A stretch of 64,000 nt of DNA. Origin: Emiliania huxleyi CCMP1516 (taxonomy: Eukaryota). A program made the position numbers and the translations under genes. Where the stretch lies: contig NW_005202428.1 of NCBI RefSeq assembly GCF_000372725.1, positions 248,001 to 312,000 on the forward strand. Reading direction: 5' to 3'. This document shows, piece after piece, positions 47,628-60,769 of the stretch (its first letter is position 1; every line of letters starts with the position of its first letter). A model generated the notes under the pieces. It made no database searches. It was not told the DNA's origin and saw only the letters and a program-made list of their open reading frames with translations.

Positions 47628-48780
47628 GCACGCCAAGTGGATCGCGATAAAAGACCTAGGCTTTGCAGATCGAGGCAGCAGTCGAGGAGCAGCAGTCGAG
47701 GAGAAGAAGAAAAACGAGGTCCTACTACGTCAGAAAAACGAAATCCGGTGGGTGAGAAGGATATCCTTTGGCCGCGTTGGGTAGCGAGGATTGGTGTAAC
47801 CCGAGCCACGGAGGCGTGTTTTCTGGCGGCCGACCGTCAGTGCACGGAGTTGCCACTTCTCCGACTGCCCCGGCTAGTTCCCTTGGCTGGAGTGCAGTTA
47901 GCAGCCTCACATCCAGGGCCGGGGAGCTGAGAAGCGCACCCAGCGAGCCGGATGATCGGGATCGGGCTACGGGCTAAAAAGAAAGAAAGAAAACAGACAA
48001 CCCAAGGGAGGGATGGGAGGACGGCACGCCGCCACCACACACACAAGTCCGTTCAGACATGCCACACGCCCCTCGCAAGCGAGGTTGGTAGGCGCCCCTG
48101 GCGAGACCCGCAAGAGATGCCACACCACCCTCGTACCTATACTCCACCAATGAGAAGGTGAAGAGTGTTTGTTATGACCCCCCCCAATGAACATACCAGT
48201 GAGGGAGGGCGAGACGATCGAGGGGTCCCGTACCACGCGGAATCGGCCCTATCCAGTGCTCAAGTGCTCAAGGTGAAGAGATCTTATCGGCCAGGCGGGC
48301 AGGGCAGGCGGGCCGGCGGGGGCGGGGTCAGGGGAGACTATTCCAAGACTCGCGAGAGATGCCACACGCCCCTCGCGCGAGGCAGTTCGCAGAGCACCTC
48401 CTACCCACGCGAGGTTAGCAGCCACCCCTCGCAAGACTAGGGGGCGGCCCCTCACACGACTGCCCAGTGGGCCCAGGGATGGCGGTGGCGAGTCACTCCG
48501 GAGCAGAATAGAGGTGCGCACGAGGCAGGTGGCACAGCACGGCCCACCCCCTTCCACCCCCCCCTCGCCCTTCGCAGCATGTCGGTTCCCTAAAAGAAAG
48601 AAAACAGATATCGCAAGGGAGGGATGGGAGAACGGCACGCCGCCACCACACAGGGATTTTAAGGAGAGGTGTGTGATGCGCTAGCCGTCGCCCACCCATG
48701 TCGGTTCCTTGGGCGTTCACCGTGGCGGAAATTCTCTTTTTTATCGATCGCTTCGCGCCGTCTCAGGCTGATTCGTCCCC

Positions 48781-49873
48781 ATGCTCCACTCCGGCGAGTT
48801 CTGGAAGAGGGGTGGCGCAAAGCACGCCGCCCTCATGCCGAGGCGGTTCACTCCCAGCGACGCCGCCGCGCGCCTCCTGGCATCCGGCCCGGAGCGGGCG
48901 CCGCTCCCCGTGCCACGCGACTGGCAGGCGCTCGGCTGGCAGGAGCTGCTGCTCGCGCGCGGCTGGCTGCGCCGCGACGAGTTCGCGGCGGCCGGCGCGG
49001 CGACGCAGGCGGAGGCGGTCAGCCTCCTCTCTTCGGCGCTCACCTACCCGCTCACCGCAGCGGCAGCAGTCGCGGCACTCTGCGCGCCCTCCGAGGGCGA
49101 GCCGCGGCGGATCTGTCTGGTCGGCGCGCGGGCGGAGGCGCTGCTCCCGCCGCACTTTTGGAGCGAGACTCGCGCGCTCGCCAGCGTCTGCGACGCGCCG
49201 CTCGAGATCTCGTTTGTCGGCCCGCGCGCTGCGCCGCCGTCTCCGCCCGCGAGCGAGGAGCCGGGGCTGGCGCTGCTGCGGCCGTCTCGCGGAGAGCTGT
49301 TCCACGAGTCCGCCCTCGGCCGGGCGCTGCTGCTCGGAGGTGGCGGTGGCGGCGGCGGCGCGGCGGGCGGCGCGGCGGGCGGCGCTGCGGGCGGCGCGGC
49401 AGCGGCCGCGTCTCTCGCCGTCAGCGCCTCGAAATCGGGAGGGCTGCTCTCGACGGGGCGGCCGGCGGGGGGAGCGGGCGCGCCGGCGCCCCTGCCCGAC
49501 GCGTTCCTGCTCTTCAACCCGGGGCTCGGCCAGCCCGGCTGGGAGCGCGCGTGGTCGCCGACCTTGACGTACCTGGACATCGTCTCTTCACACCCACTGC
49601 TGTGAACAGGAGCGCGCGTGGTCGCCGACCTTGGCGGCGCTCTCTCGCGCGCGCCGGCCCGTGATCTTGACAGCCTTGGGCGAGGAGGACGCGCGGGCGG
49701 ATGCCGCCTTCTACGCCCGCTGGCTGGAGGAGGAGGGGGGCGACGGAGGCGGGGGCACCGCGCCGGGCGGGCTGCGGTACGCCTCCAACCCGTGGGCCAG
49801 TCTCGTCAACACGGCGGCGGCGGGGGGCGCACCGTCGCGCGCGAACGCGCTCGTCGCAAGCTACACAGTGTGA
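48781..49873 (+). CDS. MSS51-like C-terminal domain protein; intron 49543-49609
   Basis: LTYPLT, LVGARAE, SFVGP, PDAFLLFNPGLG..W.PTL and NPWAS motifs. Confidence 0.65.
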
Positions 49874-50330
49874 CTCGAGTCGGCCGTGCTGTCATTGTGC
49901 GTCGTTGTGCGTGCCGGGGCCCAGAGCCATTCCAGCAGGAGAATATCTTGTTGGGTTGCACATCGATGCGTGTGTTGAGCGACGTTTGGGTCGTCCTCCG
50001 GGTTCGCGTGTCTGTGTGCCACTTGCAGAGCGTTTGAGGCGCTTTTGCCACTTGCTGGAGCTCCTAGGTAGGCCTTGTTTGGCCCGCAGGGAAGGAGGCC
50101 AATTTGGGGGGGATAGTACCCCCGCCCCTACCGGGTACCCTAGAGCCTGCGCGCGAGTCCCTCTTCAACGACGCCTCACATTATATATATTTACACCGGA
50201 CCTGCGCTCGGCACCGGGCACCGCCTCGGTATACAAAATGCGCCTGCGGGCGGACCCTCACAGATCACAGATCACACCGGACCTCACGCGCCCCACCGGC
50301 CGCCCGCGTATGTGCACGTGTGCAATGTAT

Positions 50331-51870
50331 ATGTCCACCTCCGGCGCACACGACGGCACGACCACCATCACGGTGTTCTTCGAAGGCACGGCCAACCCGA
50401 TACGGCCCGTCGTGACGCAGATCGGCGAGCTGTTTGCGCTCTGCGATGCGCTCGACGTCACGGATCCGCAGGTCGCAGCGGGCGAGGCGAGCCATCTCAA
50501 GATGGGGTTCGATGGCTGTGGTGTCGTCGCGGGCCTGCCAGGTGCGCTCTTTGCATTCGGGCTCGCCCCGCAGTGCGACGCGGTCGTGGCGCGGCTGGAG
50601 GCGCTCGCCTCGTCCTCAGAGGCGTGTCGGCAGCGTCTGTCGGTCAACGTGCTCGGCCTCTCCCGGGGAGGCATCGCGGCGCTCCAGCTGGCGAAGAAGC
50701 TGGAGTCGGCCAGCACCGCGCTGCGCGACCGGCTCCGCCTCGCGCTGCTGCTCTTCGACCCCGTGCCCGGTAACCTCGTCTTCACGGCCCGCCACCTCGA
50801 CTTCCTCGCCGCCGTCGGCATGCCAGGCGTCCTCACCACGGCCAGCGGCGTCTTGGACCTCTCCGCCTCGCCGGTGTCATCAGTGCTTGCCGTGTACCCG
50901 CACGAGCCGCTGCCCGACATCGCCTTCCACGCACCCCTCCTGCCCGCCAGCCTAGACGCGGAATACGGATTCACGTCTTCCAACCAGCACTCGAGAGACA
51001 CGTCTCCGCTGTTTCCGCTGTATTCCGCTGTGTTCACTGTACTCCTATCCGCTGTATTCATGCGTCGCTCTGACCACGCTGCACACCACCGTCTTCCCGC
51101 CCTGAGGTTGGCGTCCTCAGCACGCAGGCCCGCCTACCCGCCCGCCGCGGAGGTGGTCGAGGACGCGACCCTCGGCTGCCACCAGGGAGCCCTCTACCCC
51201 GTCGGCCTCACGCGCGGCTCGCCCGTCGCCGCCGCGTGCCGCCTGTCCGCCCACCGGCTCGTCGAGGCGCTGCGTGAGAGAGGGACACGGCTGCGGCCGG
51301 CCGCCGGCGGCGGCGGCGCGTTCGCCTCCGAGTGCCTGCGCGATTGCGAGGCGGCGCTGCGCGAGCCAGAGCGGGCGAGCCGCCGGATCGCGCATTGCGC
51401 CGGCGGGCGATGGCGCCGAGACGTGGCCGAGATGTGGTCGGGTCGCCGTTGCGCCCGGGGCTCTCCTCCTCCCTCTCCGCCTGCTCCTCCTCCTCCCCCT
51501 CCTCCTCCTCCTCCTCCTCCTCCCCTCCACTCACACCACCTCCCTCCCTCCCAAGGCCCGGCCGGAGCGACTGTGCGGCGCGCGAGGTCGGCGCGCCTCC
51601 TCAACCGCCACCACCTGTGAACAGCGTCTCTTCACACCTACTGCTGTGAACAGGTCGGCGCGCCTCCTCAACCGCCACCACTTGGAACTACTCGCCGCCG
51701 AGGCGCCCGGCGAGGCACGCGCGCGCGTCGAGGCGGCGGTGGCGCAGCCCTCGGCGATGCCTCTCTTCCTGCTCTCGGTGCAGCGCGGCGGAGGCGAGGG
51801 CGGGGGTGCATCAGCCGCGCAGCGGCAGGCGCTGGATGCGCTGGCGTGGCTAGAAAGGAGGGGAGTCTAG
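50331..51870 (+). CDS. Alpha/beta-hydrolase-fold protein (GxSRG type); introns 50942-51127, about 51407-51555, 51587-51653
   Basis: VFFEGT, FDGCG, VLGLSRGG nucleophile elbow, LFDPVPG and GCHQG. Confidence 0.7.
50951..51127 (+). mobile_element. ~180-nt introner-like element, copy 3
   Basis: Full-length similarity to 2072-2260. Flanked by GCCCGCC(AG)/GCCCGCC(TA). Confidence 0.8.
51615..51653 (+). mobile_element. 39-nt acceptor cassette in intron 51587-51653
   Basis: Lies between perfect 28-nt direct repeats (51587-51614, 51654-51681). Confidence 0.88.
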
Positions 51871-52887
51871 CGTCAGCGGAGGACGAGACGGTGGCGGACG
51901 AAACAGGCGACGTGGCGTGTCTTGAGAGACGGCCCTCTGACTGTCTGAGAGAGATTTGTGAGCTCTTCCGTGTGCGGTGTGTGCGCACGCGTCTTTTGAG
52001 TCGTAGAGCTTTACCTGGCATGTAATTTTATGTACGTGTATCCGGTGCGTATCAAGGGGCGCTACACCTCTGGGGGGGCACCGACCACCGGTGGACCCCC
52101 TGCGCAGCACCAGCGACCAGCCCACTGCGGAAACGCGCGGGGCCCCGGGGCTCCACTAGTCTTTACTAGCACAAACTCCAAATAGAGGGGGCAGATTTGG
52201 AGATCTCGAGGAGTACACATACAGCGGATAGACCCTCTAACCATCAGAAAACTCCGACCTGATCGGTCGTACTGACCGCCGACAGATCTTCACTCCAGAC
52301 AGCAGACACGAGACCCAGGCCGACGTCTGCACGCGGCCGGCCGGGCGAGAGGCTTGACACGATCCGACCCTGCGAGACCCTGACGCTGCTGCTCTAGCTA
52401 TCAGACATGCACTGCTGACTGCTGCCACAATGTGCGACCGGTGCTGGCCCACTTGGCGGCCTTCCTTGGGCCAGGTACCAATTTTGTCGAATTTATTTCA
52501 AAATCTGCAGGCGCGGAGCGCCTGCGAAAATTTTGAAGAAATTTGCAGTCGGGCCTGATTTTCATCAAGATCTTTCAAATTTGCGGTGTGGAGTTGGGGG
52601 ATGGGGGGTGGGTTAGATTAGGGTTATTATAGCATACTAGAGGTCCCCTGCGCGGGCCCCGCCCCCCCCCCTCCTGGGGGCGGGGCCCTTGCGACGGAGA
52701 AGAGGCCAAAATTGTACAGCAGCAGACGACGGACAACGAAGCAGTAGAGGCTTGCTAGGATAATTGTAAGGCCGCCGTCAGCCGGGTTTAGATGTGTCGT
52801 TTTCGCGGGGAGGTGCCTTAGTGCCAGGTGCACCACTCACACACACACACACCAGGTGCACCACTCACACACACACCAGAGAGGCCA

Positions 52888-55352
52888 AAATCACCCCGTT
52901 TTTGCCCATTTTCGGTCATCCGTCAAAATATCTGAAGATCTGACCGGGGGATTCTCCCCAAACCTTGCTCAGCTGATCCAGCCTGGGGGGAAGGCCAGCC
53001 CTGGGCAAAGAAACCAGCACCTCATCGGGCTTCCCTGAGCGTCACAGCTCGGTGATCGCGCCGGCCGGACACCACTGTAACGTCCGTTCCGGGCATTTGA
53101 ACGCGACCTTCGGGGGCAAAGACATGGGCTCTATGGCTCAGACTGGACTCCTCTTGGTCCCTTCTGATGCCCTAGGCCACACCTGGGCCTTACCTGGGGT
53201 CCTAGGGGCCGGGCAGGGTTTGCCCCCCCCAACTGGCCCGAAGAACCTTAACCCTCCTACGCAGATGGTTTTGCGTGATTTTGGCCCCCCCGCCCCTAAC
53301 ATTATGGCCGACAGAGCGGCTGGGAGGCTAATGTTAGGGGCGGGGGGGGCCGATCTGGTGTCCAGACCAGGGCTCGGCGCCATGAGCAGACGTATTTTGT
53401 CGTATCTGCGTAGGAGGGTTAATGGGCAAAGTCGGCGAAATCGAAAATGCCTGTTTTCTCGTTTTTCGTGCACTACCGGCCACAGCCGTGCCTCAGGCAT
53501 CCAAGTCGGGCAACATGCGGGCGGCACGGGACCGGAGGCTTGGCCCTAGGCCGAAGAAAGGGTATGCGAGGGTGCTCGCGAGCACCAAAGCCACTTGCGG
53601 CATTCGCCAGCAATCCCTGCTGCACACAAGAAGCGAGCGGTCCGGACGTCTGGCGGCCACTGAAGGCAATCGCACGGTGGGGGAGGCGGTCCGCGTGTTA
53701 CGTACGTCTTTGAAAAGTGACACCGTCGCTAGTTTACCGGTCGCCGAGTGAATTCGGACCCGCTCGAGTCGCTGCGAGGAGCCCTCGGGAGTGCCTCGGC
53801 CGGCTCTAGCAGCGACGCACACACTCGCTACTGCTGACTAGTCGCGCCGAGGGCGGAGAGTGACTCACACGTAGCTTAATATGTCAGCGATGCAGCTCGC
53901 ACAAGGGCGGCGGAGCCGAGGGCAGCGAGTGTGGTGGCGGCGACGGCTGGTGGCCGGCCCGACGGTGCCTCGGCGCGTAGCACACCTATAGGCGGTTTCG
54001 TCGGCGGTTCCGGTTCTGCGCGCGCTGGCGACGGCGAGAGGGACACCGGGTAGACCCGGCGCGACCGTGTTGGCCGAGGGCGGCGGCAGCGGGCGCGACA
54101 GAGCTGGTGCTGCCGCGAGCAAGACGGCAGCGACGCGCGGCAAGCCGCACGCTGCCATGGGCGAACCTAGCGCATGAGCCGTCGAATGGCCTACGACACG
54201 GGGCGAGGAGCGGCTCAGAGCTCGGCTGAGAGTGTCGCACAGCTGGCGCCAGCAGCAAGCAGCTCACCTACAGAGAAACGCGTTTGAGTGACACACTAGC
54301 GAGAGATCGTCGAAGCTCGCAGACGCTGTTCACCTCGAGATCACGGCGGATTGCTTCGCATAGTACCTATATTCTTTACTTTGGACTGTGAATGTGATGT
54401 TCCACACCTCATTCAAATGCTATTCACACCTCATTCAAATGCTCTTTTCATTCAAATGTTACTCCATCTACTGTGGAACATCACATTCACAGTCCAAAAT
54501 CATGCATTAGAAGAGTATATAGGGGGTATATCTTTGATTAGAGATTCATTTAGGGCTGATGCAACCTCCGACTCCCTTCCCGTACATCCAACTGCTCCCG
54601 CCACACCCTTCTCGGACCATCGCGCTGCTCTTCGCGCGAGTAAATACATGATTTCGCGCCTTCTGGAACGCCTGCTGATACCGTCTTCCCGGCAGCCGGC
54701 AGCCTCGATACGGCCATCTCGACGACAGAAACGCGGCCGAGATCACTCGCAGACGAGTCGTGCGTGTGTGTGTCGTCGATCGCCGAGCTAATCGGTGGTC
54801 TCGCGCCGCTGTTGAAGCACACACTCTGCGCGAGCACCTCGCTTCATCATCCTCGCCGGCACAGGACGCGTCACTGGTACTGCTCGACGAGGCCGAGATA
54901 ATGCGCGAGACGGGTCGGAGGCCGCTATCTCGCACCCAGCTGTGTCGCCATCGCGCTCAGTATGGCCGCCTGTGCACGAGTTGGTCGCGTGGCGGCTTTA
55001 CGGATGAGTCGCGGCGATAATTTGTTATAGGTCCAGGTGATAGTCCTGGATGGGCAATGCATACGCCTCACTGGGCCTTAGATCGCCCGACCGCGTCCCG
55101 GTGCTCTGCCGTCGGATTTGTGACTCCGCCGCACTGGATCAGCTGAGCAAGGTTCGGGGAGAATCCCCGGACAGATCTTCAGATATTTGACGGATGACCG
55201 AAATCACCCCGTTTTTGCCCATTTACGGTCATCCGCGTCAAAATATCTGAAGATCCTACCATAGGATTCTCCCCAAACCTTGCTCAGCTGATCCAACCTG
55301 GGGGGAAGGCCAGCCCTGGGCAAAGAAACCAGTACCTCAACCGGCTTCCCTG
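52888..55352. repeat. ~150-nt direct repeat (52888-53039, 55201-55352) with adjacent inverted partial copy (55134-55203)
   Basis: AAATCACCCCGTTTTTGCCCATT..CCTTGCTCAGCTGATCCA.. occurs twice, plus its reverse complement. Confidence 0.85.
54380..54498. mobile_element. MITE-like element with 27-nt perfect inverted repeats
   Basis: TTTGGACTGTGAATGTGATGTTCCACA and its reverse complement at 54472-54498. AT-rich. No clear TSD. Confidence 0.55.
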
Positions 55353-58300
55353 AGGCTAGTGCCATTTCACTCTGACACGCTAATCTTGAAAACGTCTCCA
55401 ACGGAGCTCCGTGTTGCTTCCAGCGCCCTCCCCCGCGCTTCCTGCGGCCATGGCCGATGATCCTAGGAAGAGAGGTCATCTGGCTACCGCGAGAGCGACC
55501 CAACTCGTCGACATCGTCCGATGATGGTGCCGCAAAGTCAGCCTTCGGAGGCTATCGTGGGGTGGAGCCGGCAGTAGCCGTGACATGTGGTTCCACCACC
55601 CCTCGTAGGCTTTGCCTCTGACCGCCACCGTTCCCAGGCTGCCTACTGGGATGGAAAGGAAGGCTCGGCGAGCGTATAGAAGCGTGCTCGACCTCGTCGT
55701 GGCAACCTGTACGGCAGCGCTGGTAGGCGCGATGAGCGTCGTGCCACCTGACCCGAGACAGGTCGCAGGCGTCGTACCGAGCGCGTCGAGACCGTGTCCT
55801 GATGTGGTCTGCACGGGTGAGTCACGTCGGCGTCAAAGGAGCGACGTGTGACCTGTCAGAGCTTGATCTCTGATCTCAGCGGCGTCGAGTCGTCTCCGGC
55901 GCGCAACAAATGTACCTCCCCAGGACGCGCAGAGGCAGCTGCGACCCCGCCGAGTAGACGGCGGCACACCGCGCCACCTGCTGTGTGCCGCCGTCTACTC
56001 GGCGAGGTCGCAGCTTCCACTGGAAGGCACCGAGAGGTACATTTTTCGCGCAATGGTCAAAATCAAGGTTTTGTAACGCGGGCTGTGCCACAGTGAAATG
56101 GCACTAGCCTGAGCGTCACAGCTCGGTGATCGCGCAGGCCGGACACACCACTGTAACGGCCATTCCGGGCCAACAGCGCTGCGACCGCGAAGTGGCGGTG
56201 GACATGCTCCCATGTCGCCGACGCGGCGCCGGAGTGGCCGGCGCTGCTCGCCGCGACCACGACGGCTACTCTGATACGGGGTCTCTGGGCCGACCCGTCC
56301 TACCCGACGGTGGCACTCTTCCACGTCTCGCTCATGACACATGAGAAAAATTCTGAAACGGCCTTGGAGTGCAGCAGAGTCACCGACGAGTCGGTCCGCG
56401 TGCCTCCTCGTGTCCCGTACCGTTCTCACACATCCATAAACTCACTAAGGCCCCACTGAAGCAAGCCCTCAATCCTGAATCCTCAGATTTTACGGGGTAG
56501 ATTAGGACGCTGTCCACCCCCTATCAGAACCCTAGGGGTACCCCAAGTTTCTGAACGCATGCCGAGACGCTCTATATCTCACTCGAACTGTGAAGGGGAG
56601 GGCGGAGGGGCAGCGGTGGAAACGCTCCACACCCACACGGCCGGCCACACCTGCGCCCGTCCCCCCTCGAGCCCCACACGCACACGGCACGGCGGCGGGG
56701 CCTATCCCGCGCGAGGAGGGCCCGAAGAGAAGAGCTGGTCGATTCGCTCTGCGGCAGAGCCGTCTGCCGGCGCAAGCAGCGGCTGCTCGTCCGCCTAACG
56801 AGTGAGTAGGGCGGCTCAGGAAAGGCTTGTCGTGAAACGCATGCTGGGCCGCCCGCCCGCCCGCCCGCCTCTTCGCCCCTTTTCCTACCCCTCCGCCGCC
56901 CCCGCCCCCGCCGCCCGCTCGTTGCCTACAGGCAGAGCAGCCGCGACGAGGTGCAAAGGCTGAGACTGGCGCGACCCTTCCCCCCCCGCCCCGCCCGCAG
57001 GTTGCCTCGCCCTCCTCCTCCTCCTCCTCCCTCGCCCCCGCCTCCCCCTCCTCCGCCGCCTCTCCCGCCTCCCCCGCCGCCTCCCCCGCCGCCTCCCCCG
57101 CCTCCTCCGCCGCCTCCGCCTGCCCCGCCTCTCTCCACTCATCCCGCCGCCCGCGCGTCGCCGCGGGCTCCGCCAACACCGGCTGCGTGAGCGCCGGCGC
57201 AATCGGCACTTGCTCCCTCTCGGGCGGGGACAGGTCGCGGTCCACACGCGGACGCGGCGGCGCTGCCTCCGGCTCTGGCGGAGCCCCGTCCAGCCGACCA
57301 ACCACAACCTCGCCCGCCTCGGCTGCCTCCGCCGCCACCCCTGCCGCCGCTGCGGCGTCGAAGCGGCCGCTCAGCGCGGCGGCGGAGGCGCGAGCGATGT
57401 CCGCCAGCGGCACCATCACCGGCACCTAGCCACGAGCAAGGTAATCACACCACCAGCTGTGAACAGGCGCCACCGCCGGCAGTTAGCCACGAGCAACCCC
57501 CACCCGCAAACCCGCACCCTCGAGGCCCACCCTCCCCTACCCCCCCGGTACCCGAACCCACCCTCGAGGACCACTCCCCGCGCTGCCTGCCAGCGGCCAC
57601 CGCCGCACACACCCGGCAGGGCACGTCTAGTACAGTCGAGTACAGTCTAGTACAGTCTAGTGCAGACACGAGGCACTACTAGCAGAGCCGCACGCACCCC
57701 GCAGGGCACGTCTCGCATCTCGACGCCAACAGCCCCGTCGGCGTCGGCGGCGTCGCCCGTCAGCGGCGAGCGGGAGTACCGTCGGTGGTTTCGTCGGAGC
57801 ATCCACTGCCTGCGAGAGTAGCCGAGAGTAGCCGAGAGTAGTCGAGACTAGTCGAGACTTAGCCGAGATGGGCCCGTCAGCCGTGGCTTCGTCGGCGCCG
57901 TGACACACACAGGTCAGAGTGTGAGAGTCGTGCAGTGCGCCGTGCATCGCATGAATACACGAAGACGGTGCACACAGCCGAGGAATGCCGAGTCAGCGAC
58001 ATTTGTGCAGCCGAATGCAGCCGAGGGCGCGTCCCCGCGCGCGTGCCAGCTGGAAGACGGCCGGTGTGAAAGACAGCACGAGCCCGCACTAGCCCGCATT
58101 GTCGCTTCTAGAGGCCTCTGCCGGAGAGCGCCGCCGCAGAGCAGCGCCGCCAGCGCCACGAGTCCGAGGAGGGACGGGGAGGGGATCGTCTCGGCGTCGA
58201 GGCAGTCGACGCGCCTGTACACGTCGCCTGCGAGCAGGCCGCAGGCGGAGGTCTGCAGGCCGGGAGCTGCAGACGCTCTCTCTGGCCGCAGGCCGGGGTC

Positions 58301-59010
58301 TGCACACGCTCTCTCCGCCGCTGCTCTCGCCCGCAGCTCTGCCGAAGCAGCGCGGGAGGAGCCGAGGCGCCCCGCGGTGAGCACAGAGAGGCGGGAGGCG
58401 TCTCGGAGGAGTCCGGGCGCACCGAGCTGCTCGCCGCCTCCAAAGAATGCTGCCTGGAGCGGGCAGTTGTTCGCCCGGTTGTCCGTTCCGCAGGAGCCGT
58501 CGCCCTCGCAGAGCTCGCCTCTCTCAGTCCGACGCGAGCAGCCGCGACTGTAGGACCGGCGGGCAGAAGCGGGGTGTCAGGCTGTGTGATCTCTGGTGTG
58601 GCGGCGGGCGGTGCGCGCGGATCGGCGCGCGGGCATCAAGGAGGGCTGGGAGCGAGCCGTGGCAGCAGCTCGAGCTGTGCCGGCGACGGACAGAGCTCGG
58701 GGTCGATGAGCTCGAGGCACGTGCGGCACGAGTAGCCGTTCGCGCAGGCGGCGCAGGGCAGCAGCCGAGTGTCACGCCACATATTAGGGTCGTATGGAGG
58801 GCGTCTTGGTGGGCGCGGGCGGCTCGGCCTCCCTGGCGCCGGCTGTATTTATTGGCACTGGCCTTCTTTTATTCTTTTATTTTGAGCTAGCCTTCGATGT
58901 TCGGACAGGTATTTTTCTTCCCCTGTGCTATAGCGCCGGCTCACACATCCGCCTGCCGACCACAGACTCTTGTTACCAAACCTCAGGCCGTCTGCCTTCG
59001 ATTCGCGAGC

Positions 59011-60423
59011 ATGGCAGCGAGCGTATCACTGCCGATGCGTGAGCCGTGCTACGTCGCGGTCGGCGTCATGACCGTGCCTCACTACCGGAATCGGCGCGAC
59101 GCCGCGAGGCAGACGTGGATGACGGGCAGCAACGTCGGCTCGACGGTGGTCGTCCGGTTCCTCATCCGCGCTGGCGGCTTGCATCCGGACGTGCTTGCCG
59201 AAGCGAAGCGGGAGCAGGACGAGCACGGTGACATGACGTTCCTCCCAGTGGCATCGGAGCACGGCAGCCCGCCGCAGCGTGGGCGCGTGCTCACGCTGCA
59301 CGCCTGGACGAGGCGTGCGACCGCGGTCTGCCCGACGGCGCGGTGGGTGAGCAAGGCGGACGACGACGTGTACATCGTCACCGTGGACTGGGAGGCGCAG
59401 CTGCGGATGATCGCCGCGGGACGCGAGGGACGCGCCATGCTGCACGGCAAGGTTGTGTGGCACAACTGGAACGTTAAACACTTTGTGCCGCACTCGTTTG
59501 ACTACAGCTACAACCCGGACAACTGGAGGCGCGTCATCGACTACCTCGGCGGCGACGAGAGCAGGGCGCGCTTCCCGGACGAGCGCCGCCGCTTTGAGCT
59601 CTGCAGGACGCACGGGGCCCGCCAGTGCGAGTGGTGCCCTGCCGAGGCAGAGTGCACCGGCCCGTTCTAATCAGTTAATTACTGAATGAATCAATGAACT
59701 CATTAGGTGCCCTGCCGAGGCAGAGTGCACCGGCCCGTTCTAACCAGTTAATTACTGAATTAATCAATGAACTCATTAGGTGCCCTGCCGAGGCAGAGTG
59801 CACCGGCCCGTTCCCCTTCCCCACGGGCTGGCTGATCACCATGTCGGCGCCGCTCGCGCGCGCCCTCGCCGGCTCGCCGGCGGTGGCCGCGGAGGTGGCC
59901 CGCGCGGAGCGGCTGACCCGCTCGTGGGGAGGGCCTCTCGTAGAGGACGTGTGGCTGGGCTCGGTGTGAACGGCGTCTCTTCACACCTGCTGCTGTGAAT
60001 AGGCCTCTCCTGGAGGACGTGTGGCTGGGCTCGGTGGTGCACCGGGCGCTGGCAGACTGGCCGGTGCTGTGGGTGCAGATGGACTTTGCCCACCAGTTCA
60101 ACGGCGACTGGCCGGCCGTGTGCCGCGCCGAGAAGCGGCCGCGCAGCTGCGGCTACGAGTTCAACACCACCGTCGTCTACCACAACAAGCGGACCCGCAA
60201 GGTGCACGCGCACGTCGCCGGGGAGGCGGGCGCGCACGTGCCGCCGCAGCCCGCGCTCAAGTGCGCCGCGTCCGCGGAGTGGCGGTACCTCAACCACCAC
60301 ATGGCCAACTTTGCGGAGTACGTGCGCCGGGAGAGACGGCCGAGCGGCAGCGGGCTCTGCGTGCTGTACGAGCCGCGCTTCCTCGTGCCGCCCAAGCACA
60401 ACCGCCTCTTCCACCACCCGTAG
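59011..60423 (+). CDS. GT31-like glycosyltransferase; introns 59634-59779, 59933-60002
   Basis: RRDAARQTW, VRFLI, EQDEHGDM, SKADDDVY, PFPTGWL and EDVWLG. Confidence 0.85.
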
Positions 60424-60655
60424 GCTTTAGCACCTCCGCAACGCACGCAAAGAGGGGCTCGGTGAGTGTGGGAAAATAAACCCAGACACCAGCTGCCGTG
60501 ATAGTTTGCGGGGGGGGGGGGGGGGGGGGAGGGTTGTTGCCATGGCCCATGCGGTGTTGGGTGGGTGGCCTGGTGGCTGGCCGGGTTGCCGCGCTATAGC
60601 CTACGGCTCTATAGCCTAACGCGCTTAGGCACAAAACCTACCTCTTTATTTTTAG

Positions 60656-60675
60656 GTAAGGTAAGGTAAGGTAAA
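60656..60675 (-). mobile_element. Tail-only insertion of the (TTACC)n element
   Basis: GTAAGGTAAGGTAAGGTAAA between the 13-nt TSD TCTTTATTTTTAG (60643-60655, 60676-60688). Confidence 0.8.
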
Positions 60676-60769
60676 TCTTTATTTTTAGAGCTAGAGGGCT
60701 GCCGGCGGGTGTGAGTAATTCTCTCTCAGCCCCCATCCCCGGAACGCGATGTGTTGTCAGTGAAGTTCC

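Noticed and set aside
56800..58780. Minus-strand multi-exon gene
   Set aside because: Intron-like repeats suggest a gene, but I could not build a consistent model or recognise a domain.
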